DNA of 64,000 nucleotides. Source: Candidatus Hermodarchaeota archaeon (GTDB lineage: Archaea > Asgardarchaeota > Hermodarchaeia > Hermodarchaeales > Hermodarchaeaceae). A program made the position numbers and the translations under genes. Location of the stretch: NCBI GenBank assembly GCA_016839805.1, contig JAEOTO010000015.1:21778-85777 (forward strand), written 5' to 3'. The notes under the pieces are model-generated. The model saw only the letters and a program-made list of their open reading frames with translations. It ran no database searches and had not been told where the DNA came from. Within the stretch, counting starts at the first letter, position 1; each line of letters opens with the position of its first letter. This document shows positions 45,776 through 55,896 of the stretch, one piece after another.

Positions 45776-47206
45776 CTACTTCTTCGCCTTTTCATCCAGG
45801 CGTTTTATTATGACCTTTTCAGCGTAGATTTTTGCATTCTTGAAGATAATCTGGAATCCTGGACTACCACCAGCCGCAGGCACAGTGGTCATCATTTGAC
45901 CTGGCATCATGAAAGGTTGACTAGCTTGTGTCGTTGGAGCTGCTTCTTCAACGCGTTCTTCTTCCTCAAGGCGAGCCGCTGCACCAGTTTCAGTCCAGCG
46001 CTCAACGACTGGGTGATTATGGTCTTGTAGGTATCGTTTTAATTCATCGATATCAGAAACATCGTTTTCTGTAGGAATGATATCTCTCAGATTATCAGGC
46101 ATGAAGTCATAGATTCTGTCTTTGATAGCTTTGGGCAACCAGACAACTCTTTCCCACCCTCCATCAACTTGAAGGAATTTGGGTGATCGCATATATTCTA
46201 TCGAAACCCCATGAAAACCAGGAATCTGGCGACCACCAGCTGTCGAATCAGCCATCGTTGAAAATGGCAAGCCATTTACAGAAGGACCCTTGTAATCACG
46301 GTGAACTAAACCAAGACCATCAACTTCTGGGATGATAAAAGCAATTGCTTCGAAACAACCACAACTAGTATGTGGTTTATCAAAAGCACTATACAAACAT
46401 ACCTCAGTAACCGCACCCAAGGTTTTTTCCTTGTAGGCTTGATTAACCCCCTTGTATTCGCCTTTGAACTCATCAATGACATCACCTTTCTCTATGGAAA
46501 ATAAAGGTCCCTTCGGATCAACACGTGCAGCCGCACGACCATCGAACCACGAAATCGCACCACAATTTGCATAGCGCTGTGCAGTAATGGTACAACAATG
46601 GGTTGGGGCAAAACTTTGGCAGAGTGTGCAACCATAAAAGACATCAACCTCTTCGTCTTTTAGACCACGAGCGCGAGCGTCACGTTCATCATACCGTTTT
46701 ATTGCAGCATCGAATTGTTCAGCGATTTTATCAGGATCAGTAAAGAAGGTGATTTGGATTTTCTCGATAATAGGTAGTTCACTCTTGTAAAGGCGTTCGT
46801 AAACTTGACCAAATACCTTAAAGGAATTGAGTCCTTTTTGGAATGATTTCTTGCTAATGCGAATCCAAATGTCGTATCTTTGGTTTAGGTGCATAACCCC
46901 TTCCATGAAGTTGGTATATTCGTGGACGTGGCGTTCGAGGACGCCCTCCAGGTCTTCTTCGACTTCTTTACCTGCAACTTCTATCAAGATTCCAAGCGGA
47001 TGGTAACCTCCTTCGTCCAAATCTTTGAGATCAGGACCAACGACAGTAATTTTACCATCTTCGACTTCTGCAGCTTTCTTGGCGAGAACGAGTTCGAATT
47101 TCTTTTCGATTTTTGGTCCGCCGAGTTCGACTTGCATATCGCCCTTGCGAATGCGTTCACCCTCATAGATTACACCTACTTCCATTGGGAGATCTTCGAA
47201 TGACAT
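45776..47206 (-). CDS. cdhC: Acetyl-CoA synthase, ACDS complex subunit beta (A-cluster)
   Basis: CTLCQSFAPTHCCTITAQRYANCGAISWFDGRAA and HTSCGCFE (Cys-Gly-Cys) are A-cluster ligand motifs. I chose the ATG at 47206, which is preceded by GGAGGT. The track ORF starts 6 codons earlier (47224). Confidence 0.9.
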   Translation of the reverse strand: MSFEDLPMEVGVIYEGERIRKGDMQVELGGPKIEKKFELVLAKKAAEVEDGKITVVGPDLKDLDEGGYHPLGILIEVAGKEVEEDLEGVLERHVHEYTNFMEGVMHLNQRYDIWIRISKKSFQKGLNSFKVFGQVYERLYKSELPIIEKIQITFFTDPDKIAEQFDAAIKRYDERDARARGLKDEEVDVFYGCTLCQSFAPTHCCTITAQRYANCGAISWFDGRAAARVDPKGPLFSIEKGDVIDEFKGEYKGVNQAYKEKTLGAVTEVCLYSAFDKPHTSCGCFEAIAFIIPEVDGLGLVHRDYKGPSVNGLPFSTMADSTAGGRQIPGFHGVSIEYMRSPKFLQVDGGWERVVWLPKAIKDRIYDFMPDNLRDIIPTENDVSDIDELKRYLQDHNHPVVERWTETGAAARLEEEERVEEAAPTTQASQPFMMPGQMMTTVPAAGGSPGFQIIFKNAKIYAEKVIIKRLDEKAKK

Positions 47207-47207
47207 T

Positions 47208-47753
47208 CTATTTCTTACCTCCATTTTTAGTGAGGATTTCTTTTAGTGCATCATTCCATTTTTGTTTCTTTAAATTCGGGAAGGACCACGACGCATGGGG
47301 TTGGAAATACCGACCTAAACTGACAGTTTTCATTTCAGTGGAGAAGTTGACTAGGGCGGAGAGCATTAGCCACTCCATATAATAGGGGAAACCAAAGGTC
47401 ATGACAAGGTCATGCGGGCCCTTCTTCGGTGCCACCATCCATTCAGGGTCAGTCAGTAGATATGTGATTTCCATAGCGTTGTGGGAGTATACGTTTTTGA
47501 ATCCTTTTTCCTTGAAGGCTTTAATGGTTTGAGCGGTTGCGACAATGGGGATGTTCCAATTCTCGGAAAATTCGATGAAGTAGTCAATCATCGACTTTTT
47601 CCGAGTTTGCTCTGTTAGGCTGTTGGCACCCACAACAAGAAGAGGATGTTTTGCTTTCTTGAGAAGTGCCTTGACCACGACGGGTTTTTCGAGTGATTGG
47701 GCTTTCTTTGGACCACAGACTTCAGCAGTCTGCCAGGGTTCAGCACGCATCAT
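47208..47753 (-). CDS. cdhB: ACDS complex subunit epsilon
   Basis: 181 aa, with the ATG directly abutting the cdhA stop. The PWQTAEVCGPKKA and AKHPLLVVG blocks and the size match CdhB. Confidence 0.75.
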   Translation of the reverse strand: MMRAEPWQTAEVCGPKKAQSLEKPVVVKALLKKAKHPLLVVGANSLTEQTRKKSMIDYFIEFSENWNIPIVATAQTIKAFKEKGFKNVYSHNAMEITYLLTDPEWMVAPKKGPHDLVMTFGFPYYMEWLMLSALVNFSTEMKTVSLGRYFQPHASWSFPNLKKQKWNDALKEILTKNGGKK

Positions 47754-50207
47754 TTACCCATCACCTCCACCATAGACCATACGCTGTAGAATTGTTGGAT
47801 CTGGAATGGGCTTCTCTTGCCATTTGTGTTCTTTCATGTGAACGTGGATTTTATCTTTAAGGGTGATGGGGATATCCGATTCTCGGCGAATGAAGCTATG
47901 TACGTCGTCAGGGAAGTAACCATAGTACCGTTCATGAAGATCGATGTAGTGGCTGAGCTTTATGGACCGACCTCTGCTAGTGTCGTTGGGTCGGAAGCAA
48001 AGCTTTGCGGTCATTACCATGCACTCTTCCATAGTTTCTACTGCATAGAAGAGGTGTTCAGGAGCTGGCGCAATTTGGACTTGGTTGCCAGTTCGTGCAT
48101 CGTACACCTTCCAGTCCTCTGCTTTGTCTGCACGTCCAAGTAACATTCGGCGATATTTCGTTCCATGTGGACCAACGATTACTGGAACTCCAAGGCGCCA
48201 AAAGCCAGAAGCAATTGAAGCTGCTTTTTGTGACATAGCGCCCCAAGATATACCAACTGCACCAACTCGGTTGAGGATGTAGTCAGCGATTTCTTCATAG
48301 TTTCCACGAAGGTTACGTTTCGCGAAGATGCTTGCAATTTTGATGGCAGCACCCGCAATGTGGGGATTCGAAACACAGGAGCCCACGTTAACGACACCAC
48401 CTGCATCAAAAGCGCCCGTACGTCGTTCGTAGATACTTTTTCCTTCTTCGTCTTTAACAGTACCAACAGTCATAGCTGCGCAACCAGAGAGTACAATGAT
48501 GAAGCGGCGTTTTGCGAATTCTTCAGCCATGTCATGAATTGCTCGTCCTCCGTCAGGATAATTAGCACATCCAACATGTGCAATTACGCCTGGGATTTCT
48601 CCGAAAACAACAGGTTGCCCCACGGCCCGTATCTCTGTATCTTTGATGGCACCACGCCCTGTCCGAACCTTAAAGGACTCGTTCATCCAACGATCTTTTG
48701 CTGCAGTAACCATCCAGCTATGAAGCTCATATTCGTTGGGACAAGCTGATTCACATCGCGCACATCCAATGCATTCATCATAAACATCTACAAGTGGACC
48801 AAAGTTTCCTTCAGATGCTGCTAGTACTGCTTCCATGACTGGTTGATCATTGGGACAAGCCCTTCGGCATTCTGAACATTGTCGGCAGGTTTGGGCGAGT
48901 TCTTTAATTTTGTTCTTGCTTGGCAATGAGGATTTCTTCTTACGTTTTGGTTTCACAGCCAGAGCAGTCTTTACGACTACTTCACCCACTTTACTATGGT
49001 CGCCAATGAAGACTCCAGGCACTTTAAAGGAGACTAAATCAGCAACAATCGCATCCACATCATCATTTGTACGATCTGGTAAGCCCATACAAGATTTATC
49101 ACAAGTAGCAATAACTGGTGTTTTGACTTTTGCTGCATGCAATGGAATATCTGTCCGAATACATTGTTCATCAACAACCAAAACGTCAGCTAAGCCACTT
49201 CGCACAAAACGTAGTTGCCAAGAGATAGGACCGACAATCTTGGCTTTGGAGTCATGTCTGGTTATATCCCAGGCTGTGCAGCAAATTCCACTGACATCGA
49301 CCTTATCTTGGAGTCCGTGCTCCATTGAATAATCAGTTATCGCTGCAGCGGGAACAACATTGTGTCCGATACATAGGATCGTAGCTTTTGACTGATCCAT
49401 GGAGGCGATGCCAGCTTCAACTAATGGTGCCTCTGGATCTGATTGGGGAAAGCCCATTGTGGAGATTTGAACCAGATCCGCGATTTCCATCCCCACTTGG
49501 TCAATCATTCCAGCATGAAGTACCTTTGATTCAAAGTCTAACCAACTGCCCTCTTGACCCGTATGGACTGCTGACAAAGTATGTGTAAGTTGAGTTTCAC
49601 AATAATCGATAATCGATGACGCATCTTCTAAAGAACGAGGGCGAATTCCAGTTACTAACCGTGAAACAGGAGCTTCAATATCTACACCCTCGCCTTGCGT
49701 TAAAGGTGTTCGTGGACCAAATTCATGAATCAAATGATCAACAAGATGTCGAGCATGCGCCAAGTGTGCCGCACACCCGATGTTCGCGGCAGCCAACACA
49801 ATTCGTGCGGACTGTCCCTTAATGTCCAGACCACAAGCTCCGCGTTTTCCACCCGTCAGGTCACATTTACCGAAGGTACAAAGACAGCACAGCTGACAAG
49901 CTGGCATGTATGAGGGTTGGTAACGCTTCAGGAGTTTGTGGTCCCAATCGCGAAGCGTGGTGACTTCTGGCATGGGAGTTGGTCCCATGGGTTCGTCCCA
50001 GTCTTCATCGATAACTCTGCCAATACTGACTTCGACGTTGCGGAAACTTCCGAAACCGGTGTCAAGTCGATCGGCTCGTATTCGGGCCCGTTTTTGTTCT
50101 GTCAATGTGGTTCGTTCCTTCCATTTGCGCGCATAGTAGGAGGGAAATATTGGTGAAATAGTAGCAGTTTCGCCTTTAAGTTTTGATGCTTCTGCAAGGT
50201 TTTGCAT
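47754..50207 (-). CDS. cdhA: ACDS complex subunit alpha (Ni-Fe-S CO dehydrogenase catalytic subunit)
   Basis: 817 aa. N-terminal Cys clusters (CQLCCLCTFGKCDL, GACG). Inserted 2x[4Fe-4S] ferredoxin domain (CRQCSECRRACP, CIGCARCESACP). C-cluster regions (GHNV, VGCANY, SGCAAM, GSCVSN). Confidence 0.92.
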   Translation of the reverse strand: MQNLAEASKLKGETATISPIFPSYYARKWKERTTLTEQKRARIRADRLDTGFGSFRNVEVSIGRVIDEDWDEPMGPTPMPEVTTLRDWDHKLLKRYQPSYMPACQLCCLCTFGKCDLTGGKRGACGLDIKGQSARIVLAAANIGCAAHLAHARHLVDHLIHEFGPRTPLTQGEGVDIEAPVSRLVTGIRPRSLEDASSIIDYCETQLTHTLSAVHTGQEGSWLDFESKVLHAGMIDQVGMEIADLVQISTMGFPQSDPEAPLVEAGIASMDQSKATILCIGHNVVPAAAITDYSMEHGLQDKVDVSGICCTAWDITRHDSKAKIVGPISWQLRFVRSGLADVLVVDEQCIRTDIPLHAAKVKTPVIATCDKSCMGLPDRTNDDVDAIVADLVSFKVPGVFIGDHSKVGEVVVKTALAVKPKRKKKSSLPSKNKIKELAQTCRQCSECRRACPNDQPVMEAVLAASEGNFGPLVDVYDECIGCARCESACPNEYELHSWMVTAAKDRWMNESFKVRTGRGAIKDTEIRAVGQPVVFGEIPGVIAHVGCANYPDGGRAIHDMAEEFAKRRFIIVLSGCAAMTVGTVKDEEGKSIYERRTGAFDAGGVVNVGSCVSNPHIAGAAIKIASIFAKRNLRGNYEEIADYILNRVGAVGISWGAMSQKAASIASGFWRLGVPVIVGPHGTKYRRMLLGRADKAEDWKVYDARTGNQVQIAPAPEHLFYAVETMEECMVMTAKLCFRPNDTSRGRSIKLSHYIDLHERYYGYFPDDVHSFIRRESDIPITLKDKIHVHMKEHKWQEKPIPDPTILQRMVYGGGDG

Positions 50208-50316
50208 TAACGGTGTATATGTTCAGGGCTTACTGACCGTCAACTTAACATCCACAATCCACTTAGCACTCACAGTAATTCGATGGTGAAAATGAATAGA
50301 GAATTATATTCATGTC

Positions 50317-51387
50317 TCACCACTGTCTGCGTTTTACGAGGTAAATTATTACACCAATTAAAAGAATGCAACCACACAAGCTCACAACGATTATGAGTTG
50401 TAATTCGATTGGAATGGGGCTAATCGCTGAAGATCTATTTATAGCGAAGAAATCGATTGCTGTATTATCAGGTTGCATTACTGTAACGGTAACTTGGGTT
50501 GGGTTGACGTCGATTTTACAGTAGTGATAGGTGCGATTCGCGACGTCGCCTTCTTGCCAATGTGGGGCGGTTGGATCTGGAGTATAGAGTGAGGCTCCAC
50601 CACCCCCGCTGACAACATAATAGATGTCATCTCGGACACACCGATAATAATAGTGGTCATGTCCATGAAAAACGAGGTCTATGTCATATTGAACGAAGAG
50701 CTGGTGAAATTCATGGCAAATGGTTTCTGCCTGGGACCATCGATCTACTCGATTTTGGTTAACTGACCATGCCGGTCGATGATATGAGGCTACGATAAAG
50801 TCTGAAGGCTGGGTATGTGCTAAATCATTGATGAGCCAATCCATTTGGGGTTGTGAGCAGTTGTAGGTTTCGGTACCATAATCAAAGTAGTCTTCAGTAT
50901 TTAGGATGATAAAATGGACGCCTCCAAAGTCAAAGGAGTAATGGAGCTCTGTTTCTCCTGGGGTGTCGATAACATTGGAGAAGTTGAAGAACCGTTGGTA
51001 TTGGGTAAAATTCTCATCGAACACATCCCATTGGTCTGTGTATTTTTCGTGGTTGCCTACAACACCGAAAAGGGATATTCCAGCATCCCAGAGAGGTTGA
51101 ATCGAGGCATTGAAACTGAGCCACTGGTTCCAGATACCACCTCGGTTCACCATGTCTCCCGTATGAATAATGAGATCAGGATTTTGCTGCATATACGCTG
51201 TTACAATTTCCGAATGTATCGGTGCGACTGCAGAATCACCCCCTCCACGAGTATCTCCATAGGCGATGAATGTGAAACCTAAGGGTGATTGAGCGTCTAT
51301 TCGAGTTTGCATTATTCCTAGGGGCGTAGATGTTGTCAATATTAGCAACATGATAGATATGAACGTGGTTTTGATTGTTTGAGGCAT
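50317..51387 (-). CDS. Secreted/anchored metallophosphoesterase (calcineurin-like)
   Basis: GDTRGG, HTGDMVNRG, GNHE and GHDHYY are the metal-binding motifs. It has an N-terminal signal-like helix and a C-terminal TM plus KRRQW. Confidence 0.85.
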   Translation of the reverse strand: MPQTIKTTFISIMLLILTTSTPLGIMQTRIDAQSPLGFTFIAYGDTRGGGDSAVAPIHSEIVTAYMQQNPDLIIHTGDMVNRGGIWNQWLSFNASIQPLWDAGISLFGVVGNHEKYTDQWDVFDENFTQYQRFFNFSNVIDTPGETELHYSFDFGGVHFIILNTEDYFDYGTETYNCSQPQMDWLINDLAHTQPSDFIVASYHRPAWSVNQNRVDRWSQAETICHEFHQLFVQYDIDLVFHGHDHYYYRCVRDDIYYVVSGGGGASLYTPDPTAPHWQEGDVANRTYHYCKIDVNPTQVTVTVMQPDNTAIDFFAINRSSAISPIPIELQLIIVVSLCGCILLIGVIIYLVKRRQW

Positions 51388-51583
51388 AATTGTTAACCTT
51401 GCATAAAGCGTTTAAAATGGACAATTTCATTTTGTCATTAATCATACAAAAACAAAGTGTCACCAGCAATCATCGAGAAAAAATGTTATACATTCGTGAG
51501 GATAGCAGTTGTTTTACAATGTACAAGAAAAATAAAGGTTTAAGTAAAACCTTCAAGTGATTTTGGAAGTGAGGTGATGGTAT

Positions 51584-51877
51584 ATGCCAATCTATATTAC
51601 CCTCATGAAATTAACCGCTCAAGGTGTAAAAAATATCAAGGATGCGCCAAAGCGCATTGAATCAGGAATCAAATATCTTGAACGGCTAGGTGGCAAACTC
51701 TTAGCCTTCTATGTGACTTTCGGAGAATACGACTACATCGGGATTGCTGAAGCTCCCAATGATGAAGTAGCAATGCGATTCCTCGTAGGTTTAGGTTCAG
51801 CTGGTAACGTGAAAACAACCACGTTGAAAGCCTATTCGAAAGAAGAATTTGCGAAGGTCATTGAAAAGGTTCCCTAA
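51584..51877 (+). CDS. GYD domain protein
   Basis: The YITLMKLT...GGKLLAFYVTFGEYDYIGIAEAPNDE signature includes the GEYD motif. GAGGTGA lies 7 nt upstream of the ATG. Confidence 0.8.
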   Translation: MPIYITLMKLTAQGVKNIKDAPKRIESGIKYLERLGGKLLAFYVTFGEYDYIGIAEAPNDEVAMRFLVGLGSAGNVKTTTLKAYSKEEFAKVIEKVP

Positions 51878-51973
51878 CTCACAAAATAACAAATCATCAT
51901 AAACCACGTAAATCGGATTAGTGGAAACTGTAACAGTAATTTTCCATTTGCGGTCATCGACTAGTCTGTATCA

Positions 51974-52438
51974 TTAACGACCTAACCCTCGATGTTGGAA
52001 GCAGAACCATCGACCATTCCTATAATAGTTGCCCGAATCCCCGCAGACACAACAAGTGTTGATCTCATTCGATGCTATAAATCGCTGTTTACCGCGAAGA
52101 AGGTTGCTCTCTAGGGGCAAACTAAGATCACGGTAACAGAACCAACAACGTAAGGCATCAGGGTGACAAAAGCTCTGGCACCGTGGACAGAGGTACCCAC
52201 CACTTTCATCGCGCTTCAATGTCTTCTGATAAAAAACGTAACACCATGCGAGTCCTAACAAAACGCTTTCAACAACAAGAATCCCACCCGTTAACTGCAC
52301 ATAGAATAAGGAAAGTCTTGCTGCAGTTTCCACAGGTCCCCAAAAATTCAATCCACTGGTAAGGAGCCACGAACCTACCAATAATACCCCAGTATTCAGG
52401 ATAAAGGGGATAATATCTTCAAATTGCGAAGTTTCCAT
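51974..52438 (-). CDS. Hypothetical membrane protein with C-terminal zinc-ribbon motifs
   Basis: Two or three N-terminal TM helices, then CPRC..CWFC and CCVCG..CFQH. Confidence 0.45.
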   Translation of the reverse strand: METSQFEDIIPFILNTGVLLVGSWLLTSGLNFWGPVETAARLSLFYVQLTGGILVVESVLLGLAWCYVFYQKTLKRDESGGYLCPRCQSFCHPDALRCWFCYRDLSLPLESNLLRGKQRFIASNEINTCCVCGDSGNYYRNGRWFCFQHRGLGR

Positions 52439-52561
52439 TAAATCAACGCACTAACTATGTGTCTCATTTCTTAACTAAAAACCATTTCATTTCGGATGAA
52501 AAGCCATTCAATTTCCATTGGCACAGTCCCGTGATGGACTAATCGTAGTGGGATTAATCTT

Positions 52562-53764
52562 CTATTCAATTGGGATTTTTCGTCCATTTATGTAGACTTC
52601 GGAGACTTCACTATAGAATTCAAATGGATGACTGGTCCACACAACGATATCAGCATCTTTTCCGGGTTCAAAGGAACCAATACGATCCTGTAGATTTAGA
52701 ATCTGAGCAGGATTAATTGTGACACATTTTAGGGCGTCTTCTCGACTCATACCGTGTTTGATGGCATACATGGGCAAGAGCGGAAAATAATGCATGGGTG
52801 TCAACGAATCCGTTTGCAGCGCAACTTTGACTCCAGCCTTATTGAGGATCACTGCGGTCTTGAACCCACGTTCGCGGGTTTCCGGTTTAGAGACCCAAAA
52901 AATCGTCGGACCGATTACAGCAGGAATGTCACTCTTTGCGATGACTTTCGCAATTTTGTGGCCTTCTGTGCAGTGGATCAAAACGAGGTGGAGATTGAAT
53001 TCCTTAGCGATTCGAATAATCGTAGCAATATCATCAGCTCGGTGGGCATGGGCATGCAGAGGTATTTCACGTTTCAGTATCTTAGCGATGGTTTCAAGGC
53101 CGAGATCACGTTTAGGAGGTTTGGGTGCTACTTCTTTTTTCTTCTTGGACTCTTTTACTTTAGCTCCAAAGGCTTTCCATTCATCAAGATAATTTTGACC
53201 ATCGGTGAGTGTTTTTCGGATTAATGCTGCAACGCCCATTCGGGTCATCGGCATACGTTTATTTTCATGTCCATGGACACGCTTTGGATTTTCCCCCAGA
53301 GCAATTTTGAGACCAGAAGGTGACAAGACAATCATCTCGTCGACGACACCCTCAGGTAGTGGTTTAATAACAAAACATTCGCCCGATATCACGTTACCTG
53401 ACCCAGGACCGGTATTCACGGTGGTAACACCACCTTTGAGAATTTCTTTGATAGATGGTTCAAAAGGATAGAAGCCATCCATCCCTCGCATTTCAGGTGT
53501 GACTGGTGTTGTCATCTCATTGCCATCCATGCCCATGGGACCAATACTTCCATCAAAGAGTCCATGATGGGCATGTGCCTCAATAAATCCAGGCACAACA
53601 TACTGTCCCTCAACATCAATGGTTTTCGTCTTACTTGGGATTGGTATTGATTTCCCTACATCAACAATTTTACCACGATCGAAAAGCAAAGTGCCTTTCT
53701 CAATATGTCCCTTCACAGGACAAAGAATCGTTGCATTGGTAATTGCTTTCAATAAATTCACCAA
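52562..53764 (-). CDS. Amidohydrolase family protein (metal-dependent hydrolase)
   Basis: PGFIEAHAHHG (HxH), later His residues (HAHAH, IHC) and GKDADIVVW are typical of the amidohydrolase superfamily. Confidence 0.85.
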   Translation of the reverse strand: MVNLLKAITNATILCPVKGHIEKGTLLFDRGKIVDVGKSIPIPSKTKTIDVEGQYVVPGFIEAHAHHGLFDGSIGPMGMDGNEMTTPVTPEMRGMDGFYPFEPSIKEILKGGVTTVNTGPGSGNVISGECFVIKPLPEGVVDEMIVLSPSGLKIALGENPKRVHGHENKRMPMTRMGVAALIRKTLTDGQNYLDEWKAFGAKVKESKKKKEVAPKPPKRDLGLETIAKILKREIPLHAHAHRADDIATIIRIAKEFNLHLVLIHCTEGHKIAKVIAKSDIPAVIGPTIFWVSKPETRERGFKTAVILNKAGVKVALQTDSLTPMHYFPLLPMYAIKHGMSREDALKCVTINPAQILNLQDRIGSFEPGKDADIVVWTSHPFEFYSEVSEVYINGRKIPIE

Positions 53765-53817
53765 CGCATCAATTAGCCCTGTTAGTTGAGAAAAGCTTTG
53801 CGTGATATAGGTTTTCG

Positions 53818-54426
53818 TTAGTCTTTTGGTTTACGAAGTTTTGGAAAGATAGCTCCGGTCCGTTTTTGGTACTCGCGATACTCATCCCCAAAGCGTTTGA
53901 TGAGATCCTCTTCCTCATAATGGATGATAATAGGACTAACGATGATAATCATGATGATGGCCCAAATAACTAGGAAAAGGGAGTTAATGAAGAGAGGAAT
54001 GATAACAAACCAGGGCATCTCGCCTACGGCTTGGGGGTGTCGAATGTAGTTGTAGATACCGCCATACATTTGTGTAGTTTCGGAGGGTATCATGGTTTCC
54101 GGACCAGCATCTTTGATACCTTTGATCCAAATAGGTGTGAATATGATAGCAAGAATTACGCCAATGAGGATGCTTACGAGATGACAAGGGTTAACGAACC
54201 AGGCTAGTTCTTGAATCGGGAACCATATCCACAGGATAAAATTTATCGTCATAACTCCCATGAGGATTCCCGATGTGGCTCGGAACCGTTTAGAATCTTG
54301 CCAGGCTTTCTCACCATATTTTTCAGAACGAGAAGCTGGTTGAACGCTAAGGATGTAAAAGTACCAACAAAATATCGCTGCAATATTTAGGATAATGAAA
54401 TTTGCCCAAGGAATTAATGTCATCAC
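53818..54426 (-). CDS. Isoprenylcysteine carboxyl methyltransferase (ICMT)/PEMT-family membrane methyltransferase, paralog 1
   Basis: GIYNYIRHPQAVGEM ... EEEDLIKRFGDEYREYQKRTGAIFP is the ICMT-family C-terminal signature. Five TM helices. Confidence 0.8.
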   Translation of the reverse strand: MMTLIPWANFIILNIAAIFCWYFYILSVQPASRSEKYGEKAWQDSKRFRATSGILMGVMTINFILWIWFPIQELAWFVNPCHLVSILIGVILAIIFTPIWIKGIKDAGPETMIPSETTQMYGGIYNYIRHPQAVGEMPWFVIIPLFINSLFLVIWAIIMIIIVSPIIIHYEEEDLIKRFGDEYREYQKRTGAIFPKLRKPKD

Positions 54427-55046
54427 GAGTCAGCTTTTGTAATTTTAGTCCGATTCCTTCTAAGTTTGGGGATTAGTGCAGGTATAAGTTTTCGATAGTC
54501 AATGTAGTCTTGACCAAATCTTTTCACCAAATCTTTCTCTTCAAAATAAATCGCGAGAGGCGTATAGATCAGGACGAATAATGTCATCCATAATACTAGA
54601 AACCAGGAATTCAAGAAAAATCCTAGAGCAATATACAAGGGCATTTCCCCCAAAGCTCCTGGATGTCGAATGTGGTTATAGATTCCTTCATGCATTGTCG
54701 TTTCTTCATGTGCTGCACCATGTTCCTTTCCACCATCTTTCATTGCCTTGAACATGATAATAGAAAAGGGGGTAGCGATTCCAATCCCCAAAGCCATTGG
54801 AATAAATGGATTTAAACTAATAGGCCAGATGAATGAGGGAATCGGGAACCAAAGCCAAAGAATAGCATTGATGATTACAATGAAGATGGCAATGAAGCAG
54901 ATTTGTCGGAGCCAAAAGCATCTTCGCCAAGCCTTTTCTCCCCATCTCTCTGACAACGTTATGGGTAATGTGCTTAATATACTTGTAACTGAAAAAATCA
55001 CGACGAACACATACATGCTAACAAAATTCAACCAATTACCAATCAC
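54423..55046 (-). CDS. ICMT/PEMT-family membrane methyltransferase, paralog 2
   Basis: GIYNHIRHPGALGEM ... EEKDLVKRFGQDYIDYRK. It overlaps paralog 1 by 4 nt (ATGA). Confidence 0.8.
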   Translation of the reverse strand: MIGNWLNFVSMYVFVVIFSVTSILSTLPITLSERWGEKAWRRCFWLRQICFIAIFIVIINAILWLWFPIPSFIWPISLNPFIPMALGIGIATPFSIIMFKAMKDGGKEHGAAHEETTMHEGIYNHIRHPGALGEMPLYIALGFFLNSWFLVLWMTLFVLIYTPLAIYFEEKDLVKRFGQDYIDYRKLIPALIPKLRRNRTKITKADS

Positions 55047-55221
55047 ATTATCGACTCTTTTCTTAGTTGAATTTTTGATCGATGATTATTCTTTAGGGAA
55101 CTATATATAAAAAGTTAAATTTAAATGTTAATTAATTGCTATAATTATTAGTATTTATTCTAATATAATACTGAGTGCCTATAATAAATACCCCAACAAA
55201 CGCAACATAAATTTTGACTGT

Positions 55222-55830
55222 TCAATTGGAATCGTTCCTTTTCTTTAATTTAGGGAAAAGGGCTCCAGTCCGTTGTTGATATTCACAGTATTCATCACCA
55301 AATCGTCGAATCAAATCCTTTTCCTCGACATAAATCATGATTGGAAGATAAATAAGAATGAAGATAAATGTGTAGACTAACAGGAAGAGAGAATTAACTA
55401 CGAAGACTAAGACAAAGTACCAGCTCATTTCACCAAGTGTTTGGGGATGTCGGATGTAGTTGTAGATACCGCCAAACATTTTTGTTTTTGTTGATGGTGT
55501 CTTCGCTTCATCCCCAGATTCTTTTAGACCCTTGTACACAATAGGCAGGGTGCTGAAAAAGATGATGAAGGCAATGGCGTATCCAATCCATGGATTGAAG
55601 AATATTAGCCAGGCGAGTTGGGGAACTGGAAACCATAGCCAAAGAAACATGGTGAAAAGTTGAATGACCATGAAAATTGTGCCAATTGTTCTGAACCGTT
55701 CACAGAGTTTCCAGGCGTTTGGTCCACGTTTTTCTGCTAATTTTGCAGGCATAAGACTGGGGATGTAGAATCCTGCAAAGAGTGCACCACTGATGAACAG
55801 CATAGCAAGGTTGAACCATGGGATTAGCAC
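55222..55830 (-). CDS. ICMT/PEMT-family membrane methyltransferase, paralog 3
   Basis: GIYNYIRHPQTLGEM ... EEKDLIRRFGDEYCEYQQRTGALFP. It is separated from paralog 2 by a 175-nt, very AT-rich spacer. Confidence 0.8.
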   Translation of the reverse strand: MLIPWFNLAMLFISGALFAGFYIPSLMPAKLAEKRGPNAWKLCERFRTIGTIFMVIQLFTMFLWLWFPVPQLAWLIFFNPWIGYAIAFIIFFSTLPIVYKGLKESGDEAKTPSTKTKMFGGIYNYIRHPQTLGEMSWYFVLVFVVNSLFLLVYTFIFILIYLPIMIYVEEKDLIRRFGDEYCEYQQRTGALFPKLKKRNDSN

Positions 55831-55896
55831 TAACTGTTCCCCGATTTTCTTGTAGTCGATCTTCTGGTATTTTAGTCTAAATGAATAAATAGTGAA

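Noticed and set aside
52562-53764. The amidohydrolase as the missing FwdA subunit of a formylmethanofuran dehydrogenase.
   Set aside because: FwdA is ~570 aa and is normally co-operonic with fwdB/C/D. This is a 400-aa generic amidohydrolase, separated from the Fwd-like genes by three ICMT genes and cooC. There is no specific evidence for the link.
55047-55221. Extremely AT-rich 175-nt spacer between ICMT paralogs, as a possible replication origin or mobile-element end.
   Set aside because: There are no ORB-like repeats, no adjacent cdc6/orc gene and no terminal inverted repeats. It is most simply a promoter/terminator spacer with several TATA-like boxes.
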